A stretch of DNA of 64,000 nucleotides from the human T2T-CHM13v2.0 reference genome, Homo sapiens, in the NCBI RefSeq assembly GCF_009914755.1, contig NC_060933.1; one strand, written 5' to 3'. This document shows positions 25,001 to 39,184 of this stretch, one piece after another. Position 1 is the first letter of the stretch. Every line of letters begins with the position of its first letter. The notes under the pieces were generated by a model. That model made no database searches and was not told the DNA's origin. It saw only the letters and a list, made by a program, of their open reading frames with translations. The translations under genes and the position numbers were made by a program.

Positions 25001-28000
25001 CTCCTGGTTTCATTGATTTTTTTGAAGGGATTTTCGTGTCTCCACCTCCTTCAGTTCTGCTCTGATCTTAGTTATTTCTTGTCTTCTTGCTAGCTTTTGA
25101 ATTTATTTGCTCTTGCTTCTCTAGTTCTTCTAATTATGATATTAGGGTGTTAATTTTAGATATTTCCCGCTTTCTCCTGTGGGCATTTAGTGCTATAAAT
25201 TTCCCTCTAAATACTGCTTTAGCTGTGTCCTAGAGATTCTAGCACGTTGTGTCTTTGTTGTCACTGGTTTCAAATAACTTTTTTATTTCTGCCTTAATTT
25301 TGTTATTTACCCAGTAGTCATTCAGGAGCAGGTTGTTCAGTTTCCCTGTAGGTGTGTGGGAAGTTAGTTTCTTAATCTTGGGTTTTAGATTGATTGCACT
25401 GTGGTCTGAGAGACCGTTTGTTATGATTTCCATTCTTTTGCATTTGGTGAGGAGTGTTTTACTTCCAATTATGTAGTCAATTTAGAATAAGTGCAATGTG
25501 GTGCTGAGAAGAATGTATATTCTGTTGATTTGTGGCGGGGAGTTCTGTAGATGTCTATTAGGTCTGCTTGGTCCAGAGCTGAATTCAAGTCCTGAATATC
25601 CTTGTTAATTTTCTGTCTCATTGAGCTAACATTGACAGTGGGGTGTTAAAGTCTCCCACTATTATTGTGTGGGAGTCTAAGTCTCTTTGTAGGTCTCTAA
25701 GAACTTGCTTTATGAATCTGGGTGCTCCTGTATTTAGTGCGTATATATTTAGGATAGCTAGCTCTTTTTGTTGCATTGATCCCTTTACTATTATGTAATG
25801 CCCTTATCTTTTTTGATCTTTGTTGGTTTAAAGTCTGTTTTATCAGAGACTAGGATTGCAACCCCTGCTTTTTTTTTTCTTTCCATTTGCTTGGTAAAGA
25901 CTCCTCTATCCCTTTGTGTTGAGCCTATGGGTGTCTTTGCACGTGAGATGGGTGTTCTGAATATAACACACCAATGGGTCTTGACTCTTTATCCAATTTA
26001 CCAGTCTGTGTCTTTTAATTGGGGCATTTAGCCTGTCTGCATTTAAGGTTAATATTGTTATGTGTGAATTTGATCCTGCCATTATGATGCTAGCTGGTTA
26101 TTTTGCCCGTTAGTTGATGCAGTTTCTTCACAGTGTCGATGGACTTTACAATTTGGTATGTTTTTGTCATGGCTGGTACCCGTTTTTCTTTCCATATTTA
26201 GTGCTTCCTTCAGGAGCTCTTGTAAGGCAGGCCTGGTGCTGACAAAATCTCTCAGCATTTGATTGTTTGTAAAGGATTATATTTCTCCTTCACTTATGAA
26301 GCTTAGTTTGACTGGATATGAAATTCTGGGTCGAAAATTCTTTTCTTTAACAGTGTTGACTATTGGCCCCCAGGCTCTTCTACCTTGTAAGCTTTCTGCA
26401 GAGAGATCCACTGTCAGTCTGATGGGCTTTCCTTTGTGGATAACCCGACCTTACTCTCTGGCTGCCCTTAACATTTTTTCCTTATTTCAAACTTGGTGAA
26501 TCTGAAGATTATGTGTCTTGGGGTTGCTTTTCTTGAGGAGTATGTTTGTGGTGTTCTCTGTATTTCCTGAATTTGAATGTTGGCCCATCTTGCTAAGTTA
26601 GGGAAGGTCTCCTGGAAAATATCCTGATGAATGTTTTCCAACTTGGTTCCATTCTCCCCGTCACTTTCAGGTACACCAATCAAATGTTGATTTCATCTTG
26701 GTCTTTTCATATAGTCCCATATTTCTTGGAGGCTTTGTTCATTGATTTTCATTCTTTTTTCTCTAATCTTCTCTTCATGCTTTATTTCATTAAGTTGATC
26801 TTCAATCTCTGATATCCTTTCTTCAGCTTGATCAATTTAGCTATTGATACTTGTATATGCTTCACGAAGTTCTCAGGCTGTGTTTTTCAGCTCCATCGGG
26901 TCATTTATGTTTTTCTCTAAACTGGTTATTCTAGTTAGCAATTCCTCTAACCTTTTTTTCAAGGTTCTTAGCTTCCTTGCATTGGGTTAGAACATGCTCC
27001 TTTAGCTAGGAGGAGTTTGTTATTACCCACCTTCTGAAGCCTACTTCTGTCAATTCATCAAGCTCATACCCCATCCAGTTTTGTTCCCTTGCTGGCAAGG
27101 AGTTGTGATTCTTTGGAGGAGAAGAGGCATTCTTGTTTTTGGAATTTTCAGCCTTTTTACACTGTTTTTTTCTCATTTTCATGGATTTATCTACCTTTGG
27201 TCATTGATGTTGGTGACCTTCGGATGGAGTTTTTGTGTGGATGTCCTTTTTGTTGATGCTGATGCTATTCCTTTCTGTTTGTTAGTTTTCCTTCTAACAG
27301 TCATGACCCTCTGCTGCAGGTCTGCTGGAGTTTGCTGGAGGTCCACTCCAGACCCTGTTTGCCTGAGTATCACCAGTGGAGGCTGCAGAACAACAAAGAT
27401 TGCTGCCTGTTCCTTCCTCTGGAAGCTTCATCCCAGAGGGGCACCCGCCAGATACCAGCTGGAGCTCTCCTGTATGAGGTGTCTGTCGACCCCTGCTGGG
27501 AGGTGTCTCCTAGTCAGGAGGCACAGGGGTCAGGGACCCACTTGAGAAGGCAGTCTGTCCCTAAGCAGAGCTTGAGTGCTGTGCTGGGAGATCCACTGCT
27601 CTATTCAGAGCTGGCAGGCAGAAACGTTTAAGTCTCCTGAAGCTGAACCCATAGCCGCCTCTTCCCCCAGGTGCCCTGTCCCAGGGAGATGGGAGTTGTA
27701 TCTATAAGCCCCTGACTGGGGCTGCTGCCTTTCTTTCAGAGATGCCCTGACAAGAGAGGAGTCTAGTAGGGAAGTCTGGCTACAGCAGCTTTGCACAGCT
27801 GCAGTGGGTTCCGCCCAGTCTGAATTTCCAGGCCACTTTGTTTATAATGCGAGGAGAAAACCACCTACTGAAGCCTCAGTAATGGCAGACGCCCCTCCCT
27901 GCAACAAGCTCAAGCATCCCAGGTCGACTTCAGACTGCTGTGCTGGCAGTGAGAATTTCAAGCCAGTGGATCTTAGCTTCCTGGGCTCTGTAGGGGTGGA

Positions 28001-28482
28001 ACCCACTGAGCTAGACCACTTGGCTCTGTGGCTTCAGCCCCCTTTCCAGGAGAGTGAACAGTTCTGTCTCACTGGTGTTCCAGGAGCCACTAGGGTATGG
28101 AAAAAAAACTCCTTCAGGTAGCTCGGTGTTTGCCCAAATGGCCTCCCAGTTTTGTGCTTGAAACCCAGGGCCCTGGTGGCATAGGCACCCAAGGGAATCT
28201 CCTGGTCTGCGGGTTGCAAAGACCATGGACAAAGCATAGTATCTGGGCCAGAGTGCACTGTTCCTCACGGCACAGTTGCTCACGGCTTCCCTTGGCTAAG
28301 GGAGGGAGTTCCCCAACCCCTTGAGCTCCTGGGTGAGGCAACACCCCACGCTGCTTCAGCTCCTCCTCTGTGGGCAGCACCCACGGTCTACCCAGTCCCA
28401 GTGAGATGAGCCAGGTACCTTAGTTGGAAATGCAGAAATCACCCGCCTTCTGCGTTGATCTCACTGGGAGCTGCAGACCAGA
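22007..28482 (-). mobile_element. Near full-length L1PA7-type LINE-1, inactive
   Basis: 3' end TTCTGGGATACATGTGC...CATCTACATTAGGTATTTCTCC; minus-strand ORF2 fragments (22977-24755) and ORF1 fragment (26468-26683); 5'UTR reaches ...GGGAGCTGCAGACCAGA. Confidence 0.93.
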
Positions 28483-28534
28483 AATTTAAATCACTTTAGG
28501 TCACTTCTGATTGAACAGATTTGGTCAGTTTTCT

Positions 28535-28870
28535 TGCAGAGGCTGACATTTGAATGGGAACTTGGAAAACAGGTATGATTTTGATAGATGAGGAAAAGGG
28601 AAGGACATCTTAAGCAGAAGAAGTTGAATGAGTAAAGGCATCAAAGTGTTGCAATGCTGCACTTATCCAAGGAATGGCGATAGTTGTATTTGGCTGGATT
28701 CTGGGTACTTGGAGAGCTAATGGTGGTAGACAGCCTGGAAAGAGAGCTTAGGACTTGATTATAAAAGGCTTTGGATCCCAGTTTAAAAATATTGAATTGT
28801 ATTCAGTAAGTAATAGTCAAGGAAAATTTGTGCAAGTGAGTAATCTCAGGTTTGTGTTTTAGGAAATTTA
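28535..28870 (-). mobile_element. L2 fragment
   Basis: GACATTTGAATGGGAACTTG...TGAGTAAAGGCA...TTGAATTGTATTCAGTAAGTAAT. Confidence 0.6.
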
Positions 28871-28889
28871 GCCAATGGCCTGCAATCAA

Positions 28890-29990
28890 GAAGTGTGAAT
28901 TCAATCCCAAGCTCTTCTTGCTGTGTGTCATTGAGTAAATTATATAATCTCTTTGTGTTGTGGATTTCTCATCTGGAAATAAAGCTGGAGTTAAACTACT
29001 TTTCTTAATCAGAGGGATGGTTTGCCTGTTATATAAGCATTGAGAGTTTATTGTCTAGTTATTAGTAGATTTTCTGTTTTGATGGATCCAAAGTATAGGG
29101 CAACTGAGACCTTTACTCTCCCAACCTGAGACCTCAGTGAATGTACTGAGTGGTTCTGTTTTAAAATGCAATTCTAAGTCCTGAGCACCTTTTTGCGTGT
29201 GTGTTGGTGGGGATGGGTGGAGGTGGTAGAGGTGAGAGACGTCTTGATGGCTCTTGACAATAATAGCTGCCGTATACTATAGATTTACTATGTTCCAAAG
29301 TCAGTATTAAGGGTTTAAAACATATTTTCTCATTTAATCAACACAATAATCTTGTAAGAAATACCCTGAGAAACACTGAGTCGCTTGTCCATGCATCTGC
29401 TATAGAGATGTTATTAAAGCAACGCTTATGACTGTACAACAAAGGTATTTGCCCCATGTAGTGACTGGAAGATTCTGATTGTAATCAGCTAATTCAAAGA
29501 GCCAGTAGATGCTGGACCTACATGCAGTTAAGTGATGCGGGAAAAGGGGCAGAGTTCAATCCCATGCTGACACCCTCATTTAAAATGATGATTTTTTTTT
29601 TTCTTGGAGGCTAGCCTAGGAAAAGAAGTAAAGGTGATTCATTTACTAATTTGCTGAATAGTAGATATTTGAAGTGTACATTGGTCACTGATGCTGGAGG
29701 GAATATATTCGTCCACATTATTTTTTTAATCTCAGTAATGTATTATGAACAAAAAACAACCTCATAATATTTATTTATGATATATCTTAATAAATCCTGT
29801 TTTCCATTTCACCAGAAGCAGTCAGGATCGATGTAAACTCTTCAATCTCTTGGAGTCTCACTTTTCTCATCTGTAAAATAAAACATGATATTTAACTTGC
29901 AGAATTATTGTAAACATTAGAAATTAGGTATGCAAGGCATCTAATATAGTACCTGTCACAAAGTAAGTGATCAATAAAAATTGTCCACTC
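28890..29990. mobile_element. MIR fragments (28890-29000 +, 29260-29390 -, 29835-29990 +)
   Basis: Core TTTCTCATCTGTAAAAT and CTCATTTAATC motifs. Confidence 0.6.
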
Positions 29991-30270
29991 AGCACTTCTG
30001 CCTGACTTTCCATATAAACAGATTGCTATGATTTTGTGCAAGTAGGTTATATGTCCTTTTACTATAACATCTTTCCAACCATTTGGTTCTTTGACCATGA
30101 TAAGTTGGGAAATTTGCTCAAGTCTCATAGAAAATGTCAGGATACCATCTATGGGCTAAAATGTTGTGGCTTACAATATTTTGTGATGTGATCCCTGTCT
30201 AACACCTTGTTCAGCCCTCTCACCAGTTCCCTACCTGCAACCTTATATGGCAGCTAAACTTAGCTATTGG

Positions 30271-30557
30271 TTTTTTTTTTTTTTTTTTGAGATGGAGTCT
30301 CGCTCTGTTGCCCAGGCTGGAGTGCAGTGGCTTGATCTCGACTCACTGCAAGTTCCGTCTCTTGGGTTCACGCCATTCTCCTGCCTCAGCCTCCTGAGTA
30401 GCTGGGACTACAGGCACCCATCACCACACCTGGCTAAGTTTTTGTATTTTTAGTAGAGACGGGGTTTCACTGCGTTAGCCAGGATGGTCTCAATCTCCTA
30501 ACCTTGTGATCCTCCCGCCTCAGCCTCCCAAAGTGCTGGGATTACAGGTGTGAGCCA
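30271..30557 (-). mobile_element. AluY, first ~10 nt missing
   Basis: polyT then GAGATGGAGTCTCGCTC...GTTCACGCCATTCTCC; TSD AACTT(A/G)GCTATT. Confidence 0.93.
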
Positions 30558-30672
30558 ACTTGGCTATTTTTATCTCCTCTACACATAATATTTCCTCACG
30601 ATACTAAAATAACTCTTCTATCTCTGCCTGGCTAATTCCTATGCTGGCATTATATCTTCCATAAACTCCTCT

Positions 30673-31207
30673 ATACTAGTCAGAGTTCTTCAGAGTAATA
30701 AAACCAATAATATATCTATATATCTATATCTGTGTATAGATAGATTTATTATGGAAATTGGTTCATATGATTATAGAGGCTGAGAAATCCCACAAGCTGA
30801 AACTGCAAGCTGGAGAACCAGAAAAGCCATTGGAATAATTCAGTGTGAGTCTAAAGTCCTTTGGACCAGGAGATGGGGGTATGAGTGGTAATAGTGTAAG
30901 TCCTAGAGTCCAAAGACCTGAGAACCAGGAGCTTCAATGTCCAAGGACAGAAGAAGATGGATATGCTAGCTTAAGAAGAGAGAGAGAAAATTCTTCCTTC
31001 CTCCACCTTTTTGTTCCATTTGGGCCCACAACAGAATGAAATTATGCCCACCCACATGGGGGGCATAATTTCTTTACTTAGTTTACTAAGTAGAATGTTA
31101 ATCTCTTCCAGAAAAACTCTTAACAGACATACCTAGAAATAACATTTTATTAGCTATCTGGGCATTCTTTAGCCCAGTCAAATTGATACGTAAAATTAAT
31201 TATTACA
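30673..31207 (-). mobile_element. MLT2B-type solo LTR
   Basis: TAGTCAGAGTTCTTCAGAG...GCAAGCTGGAGAACCAG...CCCAGTCAAATTGATACGTAAAATTAATTATTACA. Confidence 0.85.
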
Positions 31208-31800
31208 TCCTCCATTCTTCATCCCCAACCCAGGCTCTTGGCTGAATTTGGTACTTTTTCTCTGCCTGTGTTTCCACACTTACTTTTGTTATGTTGAGGA
31301 ACACATTGAATTGCCACAGTTGGTTTTCTTAATTGTTTCTCTAGACAAGAAGTCCTTAATGGTGGGGTCTTTCTATTATCATTATGTGTACCTAATATCC
31401 AGAGTCTGGTACACCTCCTGGTTTATTGTTGATCAAGTTCCACTAACATTTGTTGCTTGTTAAATGAACATGAGGTGGGGTAACAAGGGTGGATGGTTTT
31501 CTCCCCAGGGAACAACGCTTTCAGTGTGGCACCAAAAGCAGTGAGTACCTTAATAATGTAAGGTTAAGAAAATCATATCCTTTGCCAGTCAAGCCTTTTG
31601 GTTCTGACAGTGGCATTAGGATATACATTTTGAAAAGAGTAAAACACCCTCATTATGATCAATTTTTAATCATCTCTAGTGACTGAGAATGGAGCTATCA
31701 TTCAGAGATTTTTCTAAAATCTTTTCAAAACCATATATTCAACCTGTGTTTTCTCTTTAAGCTAACAAAAAGTCAAACATTCATGTCAGCTACACAATAG

Positions 31801-32069
<269 letters not shown>

Positions 32070-33219
32070 TATAATAGTATTTAATTTGGAGGCTTCAAAT
32101 CATCTTTATTCAAGTTTTATTTTAAATTTAGGCGCCTCCTAAATTTAATATAAGGATTTTATTAATAAGTGAATTAGTTCATAGCTACCCTATTTCTTTT
32201 TCTTCTGATTTGTTAAACTTTAAACATAGCTCCTAATTCATTTTAGCTGAAATCATTTTAGCCTAAGGAATTCTTTTTATCTTATTTTTTTCCTTTGCAA
32301 TCTGAGAGGAGAATTTTCAACATTTTCATTACAAACATTTCATTACAAACATCAGAACAAAGTCTTTCCCAGCAAATGCCAAGAAAGGCATTTTGATTTA
32401 CATTTATGAGAACTTGAATGTTATCAAATGCAAGCTGAAAAAATCCAAAGTTGTAAACGTAATGTAAATGTATAGTTAGGAAAATCTACTTGGTGATTTC
32501 AGGCATGTAAATAACTCAGTCATTCTTTTGGTTAAAAGCCAGTTTGCTAAATTCTATGACTATTTTTGGAAAGTATATATTTTAAAGTCTATTTTAACAA
32601 TTGTAATGTTTTTCTCCCCTTTATACTGAGGTCTTTTCCCTCTTATAGATTCTGCCCTGTTTCATTATGAAGAGATTTTTGTAGGAGGGATTTTCTAAAA
32701 GAATTTTTCTCAATGCATATCAAAGAGCATGCTGTTTTTGTGATGATCTCATGGTATATCACAACAAAAGTGGAAATTTTCTATGATTTAAATTTATCAT
32801 TTTCCATTCCTGTGATGTGCTCCTTTTTGTAATATCTATTTACTTTTTTTACGGGCACCCCTTACTGGCTACAGCAAGTTCTACTTGACATCATTCAAAC
32901 GTAGACAGTGTTGGAATCACCCAGGATAAACTACAATGCTTTCCATGTAGCTTGTCCTCCTTTTCACACTGACTCCAGGCACAGAAGTAGGCATCTCATG
33001 GTGCAAAGCACACTAGTCTAAGAGTCAAAAAAAGACATATTTCTGTCACTTTCTAGTTGTTCTTCCTTGGGTAAGTCTACAAGCCTTCTAACTGATTGTA
33101 GGACCCATATAAGTTAGAAGTACTTTCTGTTTCAGGAATTTTAAAGGATTTTAGTGGTCATGGTAGCTGACTCCCCAGCAGCATTCCATCCCAGGATGGA
33201 ATGTGGATTGTAGATGGAA

Positions 33220-33396
33220 AATGGTTTTCAAATTTGGTGTACATTAGAATAACCTGAGAAACTTTTTAAACTCTGGATGCCCTGGCCACATCTCAGACCA
33301 ATTAAATCAGAAACTCAGGAGGTTGGATCCAGATATTCAAATTTTCAGAAACTTCCCAGGGGATTCCACTGTGCAGCCAAGGCTGAGAACCACCGC
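33220..33396. mobile_element. MER5A/B hAT-Charlie MITE
   Basis: TGGTTTTCAAA...TTAGAATAACCTG...AAATCAGAAACTC...GGCTGAGAACCAC. Confidence 0.75.
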
Positions 33397-33777
33397 TCTT
33401 GGTAATACCTTTGCTGATAACCAGTTTACACATGAGCATGTGGTTCAATTCTTGCTAACAAAATTTAAGGCAGAGGCTAAAGGAAAACTTTGGGAAAGAC
33501 TGCTTAACTCCCAAAGCAAATACAAGAGACAAAGAGACTTGCCAAAATTCTGAGGTTGAAAACACTTCAGAGTCAGCAGAGCTGCCAAATCAAAGGAAAA
33601 TGTAACCAAAACATGACGCATGCCCAAACTGTAAGCTTCCAGTTATTTGAGATTATAAATATCCTTATTGTGTAAACCAGACTCCCAGTTTTTCTGTTAT
33701 TAGTAGCTGAAACATCCTAAGTGATTTGCTCTAAATGAGCAACATCAATCTTACTCCTGGCTGCTGTAGCTCTAGGT

Positions 33778-33973
33778 TAGGGTTCCCAAGCCTGTGGATA
33801 TATGTTAGAATGAGTATAACTTGGGTGAGTCTTTTTTAAATTGCAAATTCTTGAACATCACCCAGACCTACTGAATTAGAATCTCTAGGAGCAGAGCCTA
33901 AGAACTTATATTTTTGCAAAACTCACCAGAAGATAACACAGCCAGTCTATACACTGATGTTTGGGGATAACTA
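33778..33973. mobile_element. MER117/MER5-like MITE
   Basis: AGGGTTCCCAAGCCTG...CCCAGACCTACTGAATTAGAATCTCT...CAGCCAGTC...GTTTGGGGATAACT. Confidence 0.6.
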
Positions 33974-35482
33974 AGTTCTTAAAAAAGAAAGAAAAAAGTT
34001 AGGAAAACAGTTACTATATCATGCAATTTAAGATGGAAAGAAACTTAAACATTGTCTAGAATAACTTTATTACGTGAAAGATACAGGAATTGAGGCACAG
34101 ATAAGTGAAATTATTTGCTCAAAGAAAAACATTTAGTTCTTTGACACCAGTAAACATATTTTTAATGTATATATTTGCATTTGGTCTTCTTACAACTGAA
34201 TGTCCTTTTCATTCTCTGTCACCAAATTAAGAAGTGAATTAGGCTCATGGCTTGTGGGCCCTGTTTGTCAAATCATACAGCTTGGAAATGACCCAGACTG
34301 CATACTAAGAGACATATTCATTTATTGTTTGGCTAACATGAAGCTGATACCAGGGACTTGTTTCACACACTGCTTGTCCTCAAAATTGTTCAGTTAGTTT
34401 CACTGGAATTTGTTTGCTCTTTTCTCTGCTGTGGGAGAATGTGGTTGGAAACCAAAGGTCTGGAGATAAAATTGCCAATGGTTCAAACAATACCTCGTGC
34501 TAGTTTTATTTGATCTCCTTATGTCTATTGTCCTCTTAGATTTGCTTTGGATATTTTTTCCTTGCTGTAACAGTGAGTCTTTAACATTCAACTGAGGCCA
34601 TTTTAGGTAATTGGACACCATATGAAAGCTTGTATTTAGATTGACAGTCCTTATTCCACATATCAACTTTTATAGAATATCACTTTACATTGTGTCACCA
34701 GCGAGGACAATTTGCCTCTACTTAGCCCAAGCCCTGGAAAAAAATCAATACATTTTGATTTGCCCTTCCATTTTGGATGGAGATGGAAGATAGAATTTCT
34801 TCATAAATTAGGTTATGTCTATAGGTAAATTGTAAGTGGCTACCATAGGGCAAAGCTCAGATATTTTTTCTGAGAAGCAGTAATATACACCTTCTCCACC
34901 TCACTATACACTTTAACATTATCAGGGTAGAATTGTGGATCTTCAGATGGCCTTGTTATTTACGAATTTCTTATGAGCTTAGAATTTGCAGAGTGAGGAT
35001 GTAGGAGTTCTGTACTCTTTATACTCAGGTTACCTTTGAGTAAAATGAGTAGTGGTGTGAGGCTCTGTACATGGAGGGTTTATGCTCCTTTATGTCTGAT
35101 GGATAAAATGTTTGCAAATATATGTATATATATTAAAATATCAGTAATGTCAGATTCTGTTCTCCTGTTTCTAACATTTTGTCTCTTTTTCTTCCTCAGA
35201 TCTAATGTCAAGTGAATTTGAGACTCTAAAATGCAACAAATGGGCCATAAAAAGTGGGGAAAACAGACAGAAACCAGGAAAGGAAACCCACGCCGTCCCA
35301 TTCCCTTAGGTACCATGGAACCTTTATGTAAGGAGAGGTGACAGGGTAAAATGAGAATGTATGGAAAAAGTGCAAATGAATAAAAATGCAAGAGATGAGT
35401 TAAAATGTTATATTGCTATAGTAATATATTTGCATTAAAAACAATTTAACCTCTGTGACAACAAGAAAGCTAAGTCTGAATT

Positions 35483-35720
35483 AGTGTTTCCTGAAGTATA
35501 TTCTTAAGAACAATAATTATGCAGGATATCAAATAAAATTACATGAAAAAATTTAAGTGATCAAATAATATTCAGGAAATTGGGTTAAATAAGACCTCTT
35601 GAAGCCTTTAATACTCTACCTTAGAGTGTGAATATCCATAAATGAGGCTCTAATATGCAACCGTTTCCAAACATATCTTATCACATTATTATTTTTCAAT
35701 GAAGCATTTTACAGGAGTAA
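35483..35720. mobile_element. MER103C-like hAT-Charlie element
   Basis: AGTGTTTCCTGAAGT...TCAAATAA...AGCCTTTAATA...GTGTGAATATCCA...GTTTCCAAAC. Confidence 0.55.
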
Positions 35721-36329
35721 AGTTGATCTATATTTATTAGAGGTATCTCGGTAACCACAGTAAGGATGAAGCAGCTCAACCATCTAAGGTGAGGTGGAAT
35801 GGATTTCTTAAGGTGAGAAAGCAGAGCCAGAAGCTGAAGGCTGGAACTGCCCAGTGCAACTGTCCTTGAAGAAGAGGAGCGTTAGAATGGCCCATCCCAC
35901 AGCCTCGGCAAACATGTACACCAGAAGCATGGAGCTGCTTCTCTGAAGTTTCTTAAGATTTGCTGGTGCCCCTCAGTTTCAGAAAAAGTTATCTACAAAT
36001 TCTCTTTAAAACTTGCATATCTCATGTGGTTTAATTCTTATTAAAATGCCTACTTCTATTTAAACACACAATATGGGCACATCGTACACACACACACACA
36101 CACAAACACACACGAACATGCACACTACTTTCACCTCCCGAAAAGGAGTCATACTTTCGGGTGGTATCCACAAAGGAGCTCGTTTTGTTCCTGTTGCTGA
36201 TCTCATGGATTTGCGAGCCAACATTCCTGTGAGGTGCTGGCTTTCAGCTATATTCACCAGGGGCTGCATAGGAGGATCAACATGAGGCACCTCTTTTTGA
36301 CTGGCTTTTCTTCAGGCACTAAAGTCATA

Positions 36330-36490
36330 ACCATCATTTATTGAAACTTACACTGTATAAAGCATTTCTGCATTGTCTCTTCCCCTTAAAACGACCCTAT
36401 GAAGTAGTGATTATTCTCTGCATCTTACAATCGAGGAAACTGAATTGGGAAGTTTAAACAGCTTGCCAAGATTACACAGTTGTCTTCTAA
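36330..36490 (-). mobile_element. MIR
   Basis: ATTTATTGAAACTTAC...GAGGAAACTGA...TTGCCAAGATTACACAG. Confidence 0.7.
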
Positions 36491-38256
36491 TATGCCTGTA
36501 CTTTAATAGAAGTTGAAGAAGGAAAGTATCGATAGCTTCAAGAGGACAATAAAAAGGAACAGTTACTCCTGATAATGTATTAATTTGTAGGTATCTAAGA
36601 AGTTCAAGGTGGCAACGATTTTTCTCTCTCTCTCCTTCTGTCTCTGGACTTGATAAAAATCCTTCTAAATTCTCTATTCTATTCAATAGCCAATTTTACC
36701 AATCTCCTATAAAAATGATCAAATCCAATATGTGTGTATTAGAATGAATACATAAAAAACTTTTATAATTTTTTCAAAATCTCGCACTCATAAGTTGGTA
36801 AGTCAACCACGGAAAAAAACCTCAAATATAAAATTAATGCATTTAATGGTGTTTACGTTTTTATTACCCTGTAATTATATCTTTCCTGTGATTGTTTTCC
36901 TTTTCATGCTGGCCTATAAAATGTGGCTGCCTCAACCTGTTTTAAACATCTACATTTGTAGGATTAGGACTAGTGATGTTTTGCCAGTTTCCATGAAAGA
37001 AGCCAGATGCACTGAAGCAACCTCCTTTGATAGTTAAAGTCCTTCATTAATTTGACACCTGGCACTCCCAGCTATGGTCTTATTCATTTTTGGTAGAATC
37101 GTTCTGGTCCACAGATAAGAGCATATTCTCTGTCATGATAAATGAATTATGAAATTCCCTATTGTAGCGATTTTTATACTCTGCTGTTATAACTTACATT
37201 AGCTATCCTCTTACTGTAAATATTGATTCATTGCAAAGTGAAGACTGTTTATATTTAGGGTTGCCTAGTTTAAGAAAATTTTCCATATCATCTTTTCCCT
37301 TGCTATAAAATTCTTCATTCCAAAGGCACTTTTAATTTGGCCTCATTTATTTTGTAGTATTTCAAATGCTGCCAAAATTTGCATAAGTGCATGGAGACAA
37401 AATTAAGTCCAGATTTTCCAAGATGGATAAATTTGTGGGTGGTTATTTTTTCTTCTCCACAGAAGGGTTGATTGCAAAATTCCAGTAAATGACAAGTTTT
37501 CAACATAATCAGTTTTCTAGAACTCCATATTCTAGCAAATTTTCAGAAATTAATCTCTTACATTAAGTGAGTTACCCTATGTATGCATGTAAGTAAAAAA
37601 AATCCTACTTTTAAAAGTTTGGATTTGTATCTGGAAACTAAAAAAGCTATTAATTTTGCCATACACTTATGTTATCAATTAAAATACTTTTGCAATAAAT
37701 AAATATCTAATAGTTTATATATATGATATAAATATATACTTTATACGTAAGAAATATATATATTTCCTTCTGGCATGAACCCAATAGTACTCAATATTTT
37801 AACATTTGTTGGGAAATCCCTAGTAAACCACCAGGTTTTTACTTAAATTAACAAATGATCAGCCTTTACCCCAGAATTTTTTTAAAGAATACAAAATATT
37901 AAATTGCTAATAGGTATTTCCTGTTTAAGTTGGCCTCTATCTTTATCTGTTCTGCTTTGGAGAGGTTCCATACCACTCTGGCTTGGACCATGTAATCCAG
38001 TACTTGCCAGTCAAAGCAGCATTGTGTAAGAGCATCCCATGGCTCTTCCTTGACCTACATCTCACCAGCTTTCATACTTTCCCCTTTCTTCCTCCCCTAC
38101 CTGCAGCACCTGAAGGGCATAAGGGTAGTTCCATGACTACCACTTTAATTCTGTAATAAAATGTTGCTAGAGGAAAAGAGGTCATGGGCTAAGTGTGGAG
38201 ATGAATGCTACTTTGTAAACTGCTTTGTTATCCACTATTTCCACACTTGGTCTTTA

Positions 38257-39151
38257 TTTTTTTTATTATTTTATTTTATTCTATTATTACTATACTTTAA
38301 GTTTTACAGTACATGTGCACAATGTGCAGGTTTGTTACATATGTATACATTGCCATGTTGCTGTGCTGCACCCATTAACTCGTCATTTAGCATTAGGTAT
38401 ATCTCCTAATGCTATCCCTCTCCCCTCCCCCTACCCCACAACAGGCCCCGGTGTGTGATGTTCCCCTTCCTGTGTCCATGTGTTCTCATTGTTCAATTCC
38501 CACCTATGACTGAGAACATGCGGTGTTTGGTTTTTTGTCCTTGTGTTAGTTTGCTGAGAACGATGGTTTTCAGTTTCATCCATGTCCCTACAAAGGACAT
38601 GAACTCATCTTTTTTTATGGCTGCATAGTATTCCTTGCTGTATATGTGCCACATTTTCTTAATACAGTCGTTGTTGGACATTTGGGTTGGTTCCAAGTCT
38701 TTGCTATTGTGAATAGTGCCGCTATAAACATACATGTGCATGTGTCTTTATAGCAGCATGATTTGTAATCCTTTGGGTATATACCCAGTAATGGGATGGC
38801 TGGGTCCAATGGTATTTCTAGTTCTAGATCCCTGAGGAATTGCCACACTGACTTCCACAATGGTTGAACTAGTTTACAGTCCCGCCAACAGTGTAACAGT
38901 GTTCCTGTTTCTCCACATCCTCTCCAGCACCTGTTGTTTCCTGACTTTTTAATGATCGCCATTCTAACTGGTGTGAGATGGTATCTCATTGTAGTTTTGA
39001 TTTGCATTTCTCTGATGGCCAGTGATGATGAGCATTTTTTCACGTGTTTTTTGGCTGCATAAAAGTCTTCTTTTGAGAAGTGTCTGTTCATGTCCTTAGC
39101 CCACTTTTTGATGCGGTTGTTTGTTTTTTCTTGTAAATTTGTTTGAGTTCA
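38257..39151 (-). mobile_element. 5'-truncated L1PA3/L1PA4 (~0.9 kb)
   Basis: TTTAGCATTAGGTATATCTCCTAATGC 3'UTR; ORF2 C-terminal ORF 38615-39091; TSD TGGTCTTTA at 38248-38256 and 39152-39160. Confidence 0.93.
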
Positions 39152-39184
39152 TGGTCTTTAGATGAGTGGCATCTGAACTCACTT

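Noticed and set aside
22977-28380. Cluster of minus- and plus-strand ORFs
   Set aside because: Broken L1PA7 ORF1/ORF2 and 5'UTR frames; no intact retrotransposition-competent ORFs
32122-32148. 11-bp inverted repeat TTAAATTTAGG-cgcct-CCTAAATTTAA
   Set aside because: Short and AT-rich with no supporting context; compatible with chance or a small local inversion-duplication
38615-39091. 158-aa ORF with cysteine-rich motif
   Set aside because: C-terminus of L1 ORF2 in a 5'-truncated, promoterless copy
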